From the NCBI GenBank assembly GCA_963842815.1, contig CAWJHU010000001.1, forward strand, positions 94,497 through 158,496: 64,000 nucleotides of DNA. The letters are read 5' to 3'. Source of the DNA: Candidatus Nomurabacteria bacterium. GTDB lineage: Bacteria > Patescibacteriota > Minisyncoccia > Phycocordibacterales > UBA9973. The position numbers and the translations under genes are program-made. The stretch's first letter is position 1, and every line of letters starts with the position of its first letter. Shown piece by piece: positions 9,423 to 18,992 of the stretch. The notes under the pieces are model-generated. The model saw only the letters and a program-made list of their open reading frames with translations. It did not search any database and had not been told where the DNA came from.

Positions 9423-10183
9423 ATATTCAACAAGGAGACATTTATAAATTAGGTGAACATATTATTGCTTGTGGTGACTCACTGGATGCTTCTTTCGTTA
9501 ACCAAGTGATTGGCGACAAAAAGATCAGAGCCATAATTTCTGATCCACCTTACGGAGTTGCATATGTCGAAGGCAAGAAGGCCTTCAATAAATTAGGGGT
9601 GGATAGCGACAAAGTGATCATTGGGGATCAGCTTCAATCTGACGGAGAATACGCCAAATTCAATCAAGTATGGCTTGAAGCAGTAAAACCATACCTTGAG
9701 TCATATAACGCCTGCTATATCTTTAACGGCGACATGATGTATCCTGCCCTACGGGTTGGAATGCAAGAAGCCGGATTCTACTATAGCCAAATGATTATAT
9801 GGCTTAAAAACCATGTGGTGCTGGGACGGAAAGATTATCTGCCAATGTTTGAACTCATCGCTTACGGCTGGCATGGTAGACATAAAATGGAAAGGTCTAA
9901 AGCCAAGAGTGTGATTTTTTATCCCAAACCAAATGCCTCAAAATTACACCCTACTCAAAAACCTGTCGGACTACTCCGTAAACTGATACCAAACTCCACA
10001 AAAATAAACGAATACATTTATGATCCGTTTCTTGGAAGTGGAAGTACTGCTGTTGCCTGTGAGCATCTCGGTCGAAGATGTATTGGCATCGACCTTGATC
10101 CAGAATATGTTATAACGGCAATCACTCGTCTGGAAAAACTAACTGGTAAAACAGCAGAAAAAGTATGGTCGGTGAAAGCATAG
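9419..10183 (+). CDS. DNA methyltransferase (N6A/N4C, PF01555-type), translationally coupled to the upstream fusion gene
   Basis: IISDPPYGV (DPPY) and HPTQKPVGLLRKLI motifs; ATG at 9419 overlaps the upstream TGA (ATGA). The tracked ORF starts earlier at 9368. Confidence 0.8.
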   Translation: MNIQQGDIYKLGEHIIACGDSLDASFVNQVIGDKKIRAIISDPPYGVAYVEGKKAFNKLGVDSDKVIIGDQLQSDGEYAKFNQVWLEAVKPYLESYNACYIFNGDMMYPALRVGMQEAGFYYSQMIIWLKNHVVLGRKDYLPMFELIAYGWHGRHKMERSKAKSVIFYPKPNASKLHPTQKPVGLLRKLIPNSTKINEYIYDPFLGSGSTAVACEHLGRRCIGIDLDPEYVITAITRLEKLTGKTAEKVWSVKA

Positions 10184-10554
10184 ACAATAGAAGATCAGGA
10201 GTCTATAAAAAACAGGATTTTGATTCCTATGTTCTTTGGAAATCCTTACCCTCGGTGTTAAGAGGCCAACCAAGACAAATGCTTGAAAAATTTGGAATCG
10301 ATGATGAGATGGCAATTAGTTTACTGGAAATCAAAACCCAAGCTGAATTTGCCAAACGATTTGATATTAAGGATCCGGCCACACTAACAGACTGGAATAA
10401 AAGAATAGAAAAAGATGGATTGGTTCCCAGTATAAATGAATGGGCTCGAAAATTAACACCAAATGTCCTTCTCTCTTTGTATAAAGCTATTGCAAAAAAC
10501 GGCAAAGCATCAGAAGTAAAAGCTTGGTATCAGATTGTCGAGGGAATTATATAA
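10165..10554 (+). CDS. Hypothetical protein
   Basis: 129-aa ORF overlapping the methyltransferase stop, co-directional with it; no motif recognised. Confidence 0.4.
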   Translation: MVGESIDNRRSGVYKKQDFDSYVLWKSLPSVLRGQPRQMLEKFGIDDEMAISLLEIKTQAEFAKRFDIKDPATLTDWNKRIEKDGLVPSINEWARKLTPNVLLSLYKAIAKNGKASEVKAWYQIVEGII

Positions 10555-10765
10555 AAATATGGAAAATCAAAATACAAAAATGAGTACAGAAGAAATGGCA
10601 AAACTTCTTTCTCAAACCATGAGAGATGTGGTGGCAAGAAAGATTACCCTACGTCATGCCTTGGCAGTTTCTCGTATTGCCACTTCTTTAGCCAGAGTAA
10701 TTGAAATTACAGACTTAAATAAGAGGATTGAATTTTTAGAACAAGTTTTAAAAAAGAGAAAATAA
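10535..10765 (+). CDS. Hypothetical small helical protein
   Basis: 76-aa ORF; overlapping start and stop codons with its neighbours suggest an operon. Confidence 0.35.
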   Translation: MSRELYKNMENQNTKMSTEEMAKLLSQTMRDVVARKITLRHALAVSRIATSLARVIEITDLNKRIEFLEQVLKKRK

Positions 10766-10766
10766 T

Positions 10767-11528
10767 ATGAGAAAATTTGTTAATCTATTTGAAAAAGGAA
10801 ATTTAACCCCCAGAGAACGGTATCTGATGTTGATGCAAAATAACTTCACTAAAGTAATCACTGGTGAAGAATCTTTAACTGTAGCCGATAAAGGTGCTTT
10901 AGAAAGCTGGAAACCAAAAAATAATAGAGAGGTGGATGAATGGAATAAATATGGCGAGGGTGATCTACTGATTAGTAATGCTGGTTTGGAAGTAGAAATT
11001 TTATATTTACAAGCCAAGGCAGAATATTTCAGGAAATTTTCTCTGGATATGCAATTAAGTTTCTATCCTTCTAATCAAAGAATTGAAAATATTTTAGAAG
11101 AATTAGAGATAATAAAAGTTGGAAATGTTAAAGATGACATATTAATACTAAAAACAATTTTCAAATCAATGCAGTTTATCAAGAAAATTGAAGAAAATGG
11201 CGAAACTATTTTGGACTTTACTGAGACAGCAAAAATCATTTTCAAAGAAACACGAGAAAACCTTATTGATTACTATTCTAAATTATTGGCTTTTCAAAAA
11301 ATATTTAAAAGGTTGTCAATAGTTTACGAAGTGGATATGCTTTATTTTATTAATGATCACATAAAAGATGTTACCCGTTTTATAGAAGGCAACAACGACG
11401 CCTTAAACAGGGCAGTTTTGAAGATGAAAGATAATTTACTTATAGACAAAGACAGTATCTTGCCAGATACCGAAACATTGGAAATCTGGACTAAAAAATT
11501 TACTGAGATTTTGGGCGATGAATTTTAG
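10767..11528 (+). CDS. Hypothetical protein
   Basis: 253-aa ORF; its start abuts the stop of the upstream ORF. Confidence 0.4.
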   Translation: MRKFVNLFEKGNLTPRERYLMLMQNNFTKVITGEESLTVADKGALESWKPKNNREVDEWNKYGEGDLLISNAGLEVEILYLQAKAEYFRKFSLDMQLSFYPSNQRIENILEELEIIKVGNVKDDILILKTIFKSMQFIKKIEENGETILDFTETAKIIFKETRENLIDYYSKLLAFQKIFKRLSIVYEVDMLYFINDHIKDVTRFIEGNNDALNRAVLKMKDNLLIDKDSILPDTETLEIWTKKFTEILGDEF

Positions 11529-11539
11529 GGAAAATACTT

Positions 11540-12073
11540 TTATTTAGCGTGAGAAATAAAGTTTATGTTTGCTCCCCAAAAGTGCTTGAAGTCGATACTG
11601 CATTTACTCATTTGCGGATTGTTTGTCATCATAACTTTAAATGGAGACGTCTGCCCGGGCATAATCGGATTATAGTCGATTAAAGAATCCGAAGAATTTA
11701 CAAATTCTCCGGTTTTAGTATATGCAGTGCCCAATGCTTCTACATCCTTTAATGATTGACCGCTGATATTTTTCACTTGCCCAACGATTTGGAAATAATC
11801 ATATTCTTCGTAACACCTATAACTAAGCAATTCTAGCTGTGGTTCATTATTAGCGACGGAGTTTGTTGTCGATTGAGAACTACTAGAACCCACTGGTACG
11901 TTGCTTGAACTACTATTGATCACAATAATGAGAAATACAAAAATAATAATCCCGGCCGTTATCTTTTTACCTTTTGTCCAAACATACATTTTCCCCTGGC
12001 AATGAGGACACCTAGTTGCCATTAAATCTACTTCCTTTTTACAATGCTTGCACAGTTTATTTTTTTCTTCCAT
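11540..12073 (-). CDS. Zinc-ribbon membrane protein (N-terminal CxxC...CxxC, one TM helix, extracytoplasmic C-terminus)
   Basis: CKHCKKEVDLMATRCPHCQGKMY, then the hydrophobic segment IIIFVFLIIVI, then a Ser-rich linker. Confidence 0.4.
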   Translation of the reverse strand: MEEKNKLCKHCKKEVDLMATRCPHCQGKMYVWTKGKKITAGIIIFVFLIIVINSSSSNVPVGSSSSQSTTNSVANNEPQLELLSYRCYEEYDYFQIVGQVKNISGQSLKDVEALGTAYTKTGEFVNSSDSLIDYNPIMPGQTSPFKVMMTNNPQMSKCSIDFKHFWGANINFISHAK

Positions 12074-12189
12074 AAAATTATTTTTTAATTGATAATATTC
12101 GACGACCCACCATCCTAGCTTAGATTGATTGATTTGTGTAGCGGAGTTACCAACAGGTCAAAATATCAAGCACTTTAAGTATTTTTGGG

Positions 12190-13143
12190 CTATTTGTTGT
12201 ATTCATAGCTTTGTTTAATAAGCCCCATAACTTTATCTATGTCCTCTTTTCTTTCAAGTTTTACCTCGTAGTCGCCATTACCCCAATGGCCGATTACTTT
12301 AGGTTTTGTTAGATTACGGGCCATGCCAGCTGGATTATCTAGTTCTCCACTTGGCACATTTAAGAAAATTTTCAGCAAATCGTGCAGAATAACTATGTCG
12401 CAAAAATTAGTGGTTAATTTATAGGCAATATATTTTGATTTAGGTTCTTCGATGATTGATTCATCTAAAGCTGATATCCTCTCTTTAAGGACTGCAAATA
12501 TTTCCTTAACATTAATGTTGGCAGATTTAAGGTGATCATCAATGGTATATTGTATTTTTTCCTTGAATACACTTTTTTGTTTTTCTCCTTTTCCAAAAAT
12601 TTCAGAGGTGGAAATTTTCACTTTGCGTTGGTTCTCTGATTCCACCAGCAGGATATTATTCTCATAGAGCCGGTAATGAAGAAGCTCAATATTCATAGGC
12701 AGTAAATCAGCTGTATCTAAATCGAATTTGTTATAACTTTCCGCAACACAGATTACTCGAGGTGACGCCCAATCAATCTCTATATTAATATTCGCTTTAT
12801 GTACTAATGCCTCAAAAGCATCTTTGTGATCCAACAGCCAACGTAAATATGATAGTCCTTGATTGATGACGTTCTCGTTCTGAGATAATTTATATTCAAT
12901 GATAACCGGTGAGCCGTTGTTATCAATTCCCACCGTATCCATTCTCCCACCGAAGCTAGTTGAATATTCAGTTGCTAAAAATGTAATGTTCAATATCTCG
13001 TCAAGATTTTTCTCGAAGATTTTTTGAATATCCTTTTCAAGACCAACTTTAACGATTGGGATCTTTTTTGCTTTTTCGTTTTGGGTAAAAAATAACGCCA
13101 TGTGTTTATTCCTGGCGTGAGGTTTAAACACTAAACCCCGCAC
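12190..13143 (-). CDS. NucS/DUF91-like PD-(D/E)xK nuclease-domain protein (paralog of 13916..15007)
   Basis: GRMDTVGIDNNGSPVIIEYK...NVINQGLSYLRW shows a D...ExK motif followed by a QxxxY motif, as in NucS/RecB-family nucleases. Confidence 0.5.
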   Translation of the reverse strand: MRGLVFKPHARNKHMALFFTQNEKAKKIPIVKVGLEKDIQKIFEKNLDEILNITFLATEYSTSFGGRMDTVGIDNNGSPVIIEYKLSQNENVINQGLSYLRWLLDHKDAFEALVHKANINIEIDWASPRVICVAESYNKFDLDTADLLPMNIELLHYRLYENNILLVESENQRKVKISTSEIFGKGEKQKSVFKEKIQYTIDDHLKSANINVKEIFAVLKERISALDESIIEEPKSKYIAYKLTTNFCDIVILHDLLKIFLNVPSGELDNPAGMARNLTKPKVIGHWGNGDYEVKLERKEDIDKVMGLIKQSYEYNK

Positions 13144-13273
13144 CAGCTAGGTCTTGCGACCCCATACCAGTTTCCCGATACGGCCCTTGGAAGAGTTGCT
13201 GAACGCGGGGTTCAGTATCTTCCAAGGGTCTTTGGATCATGCCGTAAACTACTTCACGGTTTAGATCACTCAT
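13121..13273 (-). CDS. Possible small ORF (50 aa) upstream of 12190..13143
   Basis: Minus-strand ATG at 13271-13273 gives MSDLNREVVYGMIQRPLEDTEPRVQQLFQGPYRETGMGSQDLAGAGFSV; it overlaps a GC-rich nested hairpin (13184-13228). It may be non-coding. Confidence 0.2.
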
Positions 13274-13375
13274 ATTTAATTTTACTCTATAAATGTATCA
13301 AAAAATGTGATATATGGCAATGATTCTTAGAATTTTTTCGTGGTATTTTAGATGTTTTTTTGTTAGAGTTAACTC

Positions 13376-13897
13376 ATGATTCTTCCACTAGAACTAACAC
13401 CCTCAGACATAATGACTGTACCTTTACCATCTGGAAATACAGTGGACTTGCCTGTTTGTCACCCTACTTTTTCAAGCTGGTCAGAAAAATTGCCAAACTT
13501 TGATTTTGGAAAGAAACCTATCGTGAATTATAAAGGAAAAGGTGTTTTTGCTGAACTTGCTATTTTAGGATTACTTATTGACTCGGGATGGAATGGCATT
13601 TGGGTGGAAACATATGGAGGTATTCACTTTCTAAAAGATATGCCGACTAGTTGGAAATTATCACAACATAATATATCTATAACATTAGACAAAGAAACTT
13701 TACTTAAAAATATTTGGAAAACCGGAAAAACCACAGCTTGTTTTGATGTTTTCGCGTGGAAAGATAATGACATTCTTTTTTGTGAAGGAAAGCATAAAGG
13801 TAAAGATAGATTAACTAAAGCACAAACTAAATTTATTGAAGGAGCGTTGGCTTGTGGAGTACCAATACAATCTTTAGTGATTGTTGAATGGAACTAA
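13376..13897 (+). CDS. VRR-NUC-like PD-(D/E)xK nuclease (putative)
   Basis: C-terminal FDVFAWKDNDILFCEGKHKGKDRLTKAQTKFIEGALACGVPIQSLVIVEW fits the VRR-NUC pattern (D...ExK, Lys, conserved Gln, then G-hydrophobic). Confidence 0.45.
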   Translation: MILPLELTPSDIMTVPLPSGNTVDLPVCHPTFSSWSEKLPNFDFGKKPIVNYKGKGVFAELAILGLLIDSGWNGIWVETYGGIHFLKDMPTSWKLSQHNISITLDKETLLKNIWKTGKTTACFDVFAWKDNDILFCEGKHKGKDRLTKAQTKFIEGALACGVPIQSLVIVEWN

Positions 13898-13915
13898 AAA
13901 GATTTTGTTGTTCTT

Positions 13916-15007
13916 TTATTCATTTAATATATTAATTTCTGGTTCTAAAATTTCGATAACGGTTTTCATTTTATTCACTGCCCAATTTTTTAATTCATCA
14001 GTCATCTTTCCTTCATTTTTTTCTATATACATCCTAGACCAAGTTTTCCCCCAATCTTTTTCAACAATAACTTTTTCATTTGTTGCTTGTTCAATTTTTT
14101 CTTTCAATTTTTCAACTCTCCTAAGGGCTGTTTCATTAAATTGCTTGTTTCCTTTTTCAAAATGAACCTCAACACCAAAACTATTTCGTGGCCTACCGTG
14201 GAATCCCCACTCAAAATGTACTCCACTCACTACTGTTGGTATTTGGCAGTATGATTTTGTGGTTGGATTTGCATTATAGCTCGGAAGAACTGCGTTTAGT
14301 TTATTTTTAAGTTCACTGTAAAAATTAAGGTATTCTTCTTGTGAAAGAGTTTTAACATGTTCCATATTTTCTTTCTTTTCAGATTGAATTATATAGTCTT
14401 TTGCCTCTGGAAGTGGAATTAAAATTGTTGATTCAAAACCGATTGTATCATTATCTAATTCATAAGGAGTTAATTTTATACAAGTTATATCGATTCCAAA
14501 ATTTCTTAACCATAAAACAGATGCCGTAACTTCAGTTCTATATTCTTTTGATACAATAATTATTCTAGGACGATCTGACAGTTCTTCAAACTCATTATTT
14601 TCTATAAAATCAACAATTTGTTTTTTAGCTTCTTCTTCGTTAGTTATTTTCCCTTTTTTAGAAAGATAATTTTGATATTCTCTTACAACTTCACTTAAAG
14701 TTAAAGTGGAGCAATATGCTGCATATTGTATTGCCTGTAATTCAACATTTTTTCCACTATCATCACGTTTTAACTCAACCACAACCAAATTGCCGTCCTT
14801 ATCTAGTGCCAATAAGTCTAATCTTTCATTTGTCTTATCAAATTTATTATACTCAGTACTAATTATTAGCAACTCTTCACCTAAAATATCTGGATAATTT
14901 TCAACCCATTTCTCTATATCTTGTCTTTCAAGAATATTATGAGTTTTTAAGTCTGTTTCATTGTAGGTAGATATTTTTTTTGAGTTTTTATTATATGTAA
15001 ATAACAT
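13916..15007 (-). CDS. NucS/DUF91-like PD-(D/E)xK nuclease-domain protein (paralog of 12190..13143)
   Basis: ERLDLLALDKDGNLVVVELKRDDSGKNVELQAIQYAAY shows D...ELK plus QxxxY, the classic DUF91/RecB-like nuclease core. Confidence 0.5.
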   Translation of the reverse strand: MLFTYNKNSKKISTYNETDLKTHNILERQDIEKWVENYPDILGEELLIISTEYNKFDKTNERLDLLALDKDGNLVVVELKRDDSGKNVELQAIQYAAYCSTLTLSEVVREYQNYLSKKGKITNEEEAKKQIVDFIENNEFEELSDRPRIIIVSKEYRTEVTASVLWLRNFGIDITCIKLTPYELDNDTIGFESTILIPLPEAKDYIIQSEKKENMEHVKTLSQEEYLNFYSELKNKLNAVLPSYNANPTTKSYCQIPTVVSGVHFEWGFHGRPRNSFGVEVHFEKGNKQFNETALRRVEKLKEKIEQATNEKVIVEKDWGKTWSRMYIEKNEGKMTDELKNWAVNKMKTVIEILEPEINILNE

Positions 15008-15024
15008 ATTTTTATTATATCACT

Positions 15025-15156
15025 TTATAATTCTTGCCAAACCTCTAATGCTTCATCTCCCTCAAGTCCTGTTTCATCTTTAAAATCCTGAAGTTCTTCG
15101 GCTTCTTCTAGACTCAAATCATTCTCCTTGGCTGTTTCAAATGTTTCTTCGTCCAT
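15025..15156 (-). CDS. Small, highly acidic protein (43 aa) between the DUF2726 gene and the NucS-like gene
   Basis: Minus-strand ORF MDEETFETAKENDLSLEEAEELQDFKDETGLEGDEALEVWQEL, about 40% Asp/Glu; too short for the provided ORF track. Confidence 0.35.
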   Translation of the reverse strand: MDEETFETAKENDLSLEEAEELQDFKDETGLEGDEALEVWQEL

Positions 15157-15162
15157 GTTTTT

Positions 15163-15675
15163 TTATTTTAATTTCTCTAAAACAAGACGCCTTATTTCTT
15201 CTTTATTAAAATTCCCATTATTCCCAAATCGTAAAAGTGGCAAACCAGCGTCACTTAAAATACGCTCAACTTCTGCATCTCGCATACTTCTATTCTCTTG
15301 TTCGTGTGTTCTATCATCTAATTCAATCGTAAGGAGTGGTTTAATATACGCTTTATCACAAATAACAAAATCAACTGATTTTTCGTCGATATGGCGAAAT
15401 GCGCCCTTCCAATTCTGTCCTACAACCTTATTATCTAAAATAGTTGGTAAATGTATTTGAGGGAAAACATAATATTGAATTCCTACTATATCAACAAGAA
15501 TATCAAAAAATTCATGCTCTGCTCGGCTCATCAAAAAATCTTTTCGCTTATAACGGTAAAAAGGTTTATTTTCTTTGCCCGAAAGTCCTTCAGGAATAAA
15601 TACCTTAAAAGCTATGACGACAACTATTACTAAAACTATAAAAATTGTTAACATTCCCATAAAATTATTTATCAC
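15163..15675 (-). CDS. DUF2726-domain protein (PD-(D/E)xK-like, restriction-associated) with an N-terminal TM helix
   Basis: SRAEHEFFDIL...VFPQIHLPTIL...DFVICDKAYIKPLLTIELDDRTHEQ...RDAEVERILSDAGLPLLRF matches the DUF2726 signature; its start overlaps the res stop by 11 nt. Confidence 0.6.
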   Translation of the reverse strand: MINNFMGMLTIFIVLVIVVVIAFKVFIPEGLSGKENKPFYRYKRKDFLMSRAEHEFFDILVDIVGIQYYVFPQIHLPTILDNKVVGQNWKGAFRHIDEKSVDFVICDKAYIKPLLTIELDDRTHEQENRSMRDAEVERILSDAGLPLLRFGNNGNFNKEEIRRLVLEKLK

Positions 15676-16444
15676 CGAATAAACTGATCAATTCTTTAAA
15701 GTCTTTTGCTTTGTATTTCTCCCAAACCTCTTGTTTAACATATAATGCTTTATATACCGCTCTACTCTGTCGAGCATTCACATCTTCACACCACAACTGA
15801 AGTCTTTCAAATTTAATTTTATCGTCCTCTTCTTCTCTACCTTTCGTTTCAATAATATAAATTGTTTTGTCATTAACTTTAACAAAGAAATCGGGGTAAT
15901 ATGTCGCAATTAATCCTTCAGCATTTTTATACTCAATTCTTAAAGCATTGGCTTCCTTATTGATAAAATTCTTTGCAAAAGAAATAACATCGTCACAACC
16001 CTCTAAAAATTCAGCAAAAACTAATTCAAAATTACTATCACCAGCAATCCTATTAAATACTGACTTCTTAGGTATCAAGAAGGATTTATCATTGACCACA
16101 AATGGTCTTGATTCACTAATCTTTATGTAATTTTTTATTTCTGTATCTCCCTTATCTTTAATAGTCAATTCATTAATAGCTTTCTTGAAAGATTCCTTAA
16201 TTGCCCTAGTGACTTCTATCTCTGATAAATTAGTTAATATATTTAGATCATTTAAATCTACTTCCTTCTCAAAAAGATAATGCTGTATAAATTCTTTTAC
16301 TTTCCCATATAAAACATCATAACAACCGAAAAGACGAAGGTCCCGCATAATTGCTTGCGTAAAGAATCCAACCACTCTTTGATAATCTACATTGATATTT
16401 CCATCGAGTTCCGTCTTGTGATGGAATTCTTCTCCCAACAACAT
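15665..16444 (-). CDS. res: Type III restriction enzyme Res, C-terminal endonuclease part, in a different frame from the helicase part
   Basis: YYPDFFVKVNDKTIYIIETKGREEEDDK is a PD...ExK endonuclease motif. Its frame opens just after a TAA around 16492 and overlaps the end of the helicase ORF. Confidence 0.6.
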   Translation of the reverse strand: MLLGEEFHHKTELDGNINVDYQRVVGFFTQAIMRDLRLFGCYDVLYGKVKEFIQHYLFEKEVDLNDLNILTNLSEIEVTRAIKESFKKAINELTIKDKGDTEIKNYIKISESRPFVVNDKSFLIPKKSVFNRIAGDSNFELVFAEFLEGCDDVISFAKNFINKEANALRIEYKNAEGLIATYYPDFFVKVNDKTIYIIETKGREEEDDKIKFERLQLWCEDVNARQSRAVYKALYVKQEVWEKYKAKDFKELISLFGDK

Positions 16445-18356
16445 CTTTAAAGATAATCTCTCTCTTTTCTTGTTCGCTGAATGTCTTTATTTTTACTTTT
16501 TTAATTTCAAATTTAGACACATCCAAGTCTGAAAGATTTTTATACTCTCTTTGAATTCTTGCTGACATTGCTGGTATCTCAATATCGAGTTTCTCAATAT
16601 CTTTTTTAGGATTATCTTTATCAACCTCAATAACCATCGGAGTAATTGGTTTTGCTCCAGTACCCATTAATCTCTTTTCAAGCAAAACTCCTTCACCCTT
16701 AATAGATTTAACAAAATCCATAAAAGCAGGTGTTCCTATAACACTTACATATTCTTCTACACTCTCATCGCCAAAATACATTCTTCTTAAACCTCTTCCA
16801 AGTGTTTGTTCTGGAAGAATCTTTGCATCAGATGTATATGGACGAAGTCCGACAATAGTCGTCACATTTTTTACATCCCAACCCTCTTTGAGCATCAAAA
16901 CAGAAACAATAACCTTAAAAGGACTTTCCCAACTATCTATTTCATTGGCTTGCTTTCTTAATATATCTAATTCTTCTTTACTCTTTCCAGTTACACTTTC
17001 TGAAATTTCACCGCTTTTATTAGTATGAATAGTTAAAACTGCATCTTTTAAATCAGAGAAACTACCTCTAATATATTCTGCCACATCATCACAATTCTTA
17101 GTATCGTCTGTCATGATAAAAAGAATAGATTTCTTTCCCGTTGGTTTTAGATATTCATATGTTTTTCTCCATTCTTCTACTCCTAAATTTATATAATCAC
17201 GATACTTCTCACTAAACAATGAGCTTTGATTCTCTTTTAATTTTCCACAACTTGCTTCGTCTGGCACAACAGGATTTTTAACAATTCTTTGATGTATGGC
17301 TTCAACTAAAGGATAGTCTGAAATTGTTTGCACAAAAATAGATCCATCATTCTTTTTTGGAGTAGCTGTCATATCTACTTGTAAAGCAAGTTTTGTGCCT
17401 TTACCTTTTAAACGATTGTGAATATCTTGGATAGACTTAAACCAAGCCATCTTTTCATCGTGAATATGGTGAGCTTCGTCGTTGATAATAATAAGCTCAT
17501 CAATATCACGAACAATCATTCCTAAATCAACTTTAGAATCATTTGTTTTTGCAACTGGTTTCTCTCCAAGAAAATACTCACTTGTATCTTCGTCTTCTGC
17601 ACTTGAAACAGAAACATCGCTTTCATAAACTCTGTGTATGTTTGTTAAAAAGATATTACCTGTATCTGAAACACTTTTTAATTCGTCCTGTAAGTGTAAT
17701 GTTATTTGAAAATCATCATTCCAATTTTGTCCTGCATAACCATTCTCTGGCAACACAGGATCATTATGGAATATTTTTAATCCTTCAAAATCATTCTTTA
17801 TTCTTTCGAAGACAATAACGTTGGGCGTTATCAAAAGAAAGTTTTTAGCCAACTTAGAATCTTCTTCATATTTCTTATGGAAATAGGCCCAAGCGATAAC
17901 TAAACTCATTACTTTTGTTTTACCTGCACCTGTTGCCATTTTAACCACAAAACGAAGCCAGTCTTCAGTAAACATATCTGCGCTTAATACTCCAGTAGAA
18001 TTGTATCTAAGTAAATCATATTTATCTTTTACCTTAGCAACTTCATAAAGCCAAATGATAGTTTCCATGGCTTCTCTTTGCGCAAAATAATATCGGAAAT
18101 TATAAAAAGAGCCATCTTTGTTATAGATAATATGTTCTTCTTTAAACCAGTAATTCAAAAGTGCCTTGGATGTATCACTAGCATCTTCGTATTTTTTATC
18201 TCTCCATTCTTTTACTTTCTTTCTAAGGTCAGCAACAAGAGGAGGAATAAGTTTATCAAATCCTTTTTCTCGCAGATCTTCGTCAGCAGGAAACCACCTA
18301 ATGCTAGGGTCTAAGATTGCGTATGGGTCTTTTGGAAAATTTTTATGCAGTGCCAT
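16317..18356 (-). CDS. res: Type III restriction enzyme Res, helicase (SF2) part
   Basis: VVKMATGAGKTKVM (Walker A) and IIINDEAHHI (DEAH box), with helicase C-terminal domain motifs; directly downstream of mod. Confidence 0.8.
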   Translation of the reverse strand: MALHKNFPKDPYAILDPSIRWFPADEDLREKGFDKLIPPLVADLRKKVKEWRDKKYEDASDTSKALLNYWFKEEHIIYNKDGSFYNFRYYFAQREAMETIIWLYEVAKVKDKYDLLRYNSTGVLSADMFTEDWLRFVVKMATGAGKTKVMSLVIAWAYFHKKYEEDSKLAKNFLLITPNVIVFERIKNDFEGLKIFHNDPVLPENGYAGQNWNDDFQITLHLQDELKSVSDTGNIFLTNIHRVYESDVSVSSAEDEDTSEYFLGEKPVAKTNDSKVDLGMIVRDIDELIIINDEAHHIHDEKMAWFKSIQDIHNRLKGKGTKLALQVDMTATPKKNDGSIFVQTISDYPLVEAIHQRIVKNPVVPDEASCGKLKENQSSLFSEKYRDYINLGVEEWRKTYEYLKPTGKKSILFIMTDDTKNCDDVAEYIRGSFSDLKDAVLTIHTNKSGEISESVTGKSKEELDILRKQANEIDSWESPFKVIVSVLMLKEGWDVKNVTTIVGLRPYTSDAKILPEQTLGRGLRRMYFGDESVEEYVSVIGTPAFMDFVKSIKGEGVLLEKRLMGTGAKPITPMVIEVDKDNPKKDIEKLDIEIPAMSARIQREYKNLSDLDVSKFEIKKVKIKTFSEQEKREIIFKDVVGRRIPSQDGTRWKYQCRLSKSGWILYASNYAGPSSFRLL

Positions 18357-18359
18357 ATA

Positions 18360-18992
18360 TTAGTATACTTTTTGGATAAGAGAAATAAATCTATCTAATT
18401 TTTCAATTAATTCATCAACTGATTCTTTTATTACAACATTTTTTGTATATGAAGCATTGGCACTATTCAGACTTTTAGGGTGAATTGTATTTCTTAAATG
18501 ATTTATATCATCAAGGTAAGTTTTCCAACTTTGATTTCTGAAAAAACCCGCTTTATTGAATATATCTAATAAATATCCCAATCCCGTATTTTTATTGCTT
18601 AGTTTTTCAGAAGCAATGACACTACATAAATCATTTTTCTTTTTTGCGTTTGTTCTGTGTTCAAACAAATCAAAAAGCAATCCTTCATATATGGAAGCAG
18701 ACAACTGACAAAGAACAAGTTTGTGTTGCCAACCAAAAGTAAGTCCTGGTTTTAGAAATTCATATACACTTCTATGATAATCTAAACACATTCTTAGTTC
18801 AGCGAGATTATTTCTTAATTCAAAATCTTTTACAAAAGAAAACATAGGACGATAATGACTACCTAAATTTTTACTTATTTTTCTACCATCAGATAATTTC
18901 ATTTTCCAATAGCAAAATCTATCTGGTAAAGATTGCAAATTATCGTGCACTGTCATAAAACAATCTTCGGTTGAATGTTCTACACTACTCAT
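18360..18992 (-). CDS. Hypothetical 210-aa protein inserted between mod and res
   Basis: Overlaps the mod stop by 4 nt and ends 4 nt before the res start; no recognisable domain. Confidence 0.45.
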   Translation of the reverse strand: MSSVEHSTEDCFMTVHDNLQSLPDRFCYWKMKLSDGRKISKNLGSHYRPMFSFVKDFELRNNLAELRMCLDYHRSVYEFLKPGLTFGWQHKLVLCQLSASIYEGLLFDLFEHRTNAKKKNDLCSVIASEKLSNKNTGLGYLLDIFNKAGFFRNQSWKTYLDDINHLRNTIHPKSLNSANASYTKNVVIKESVDELIEKLDRFISLIQKVY

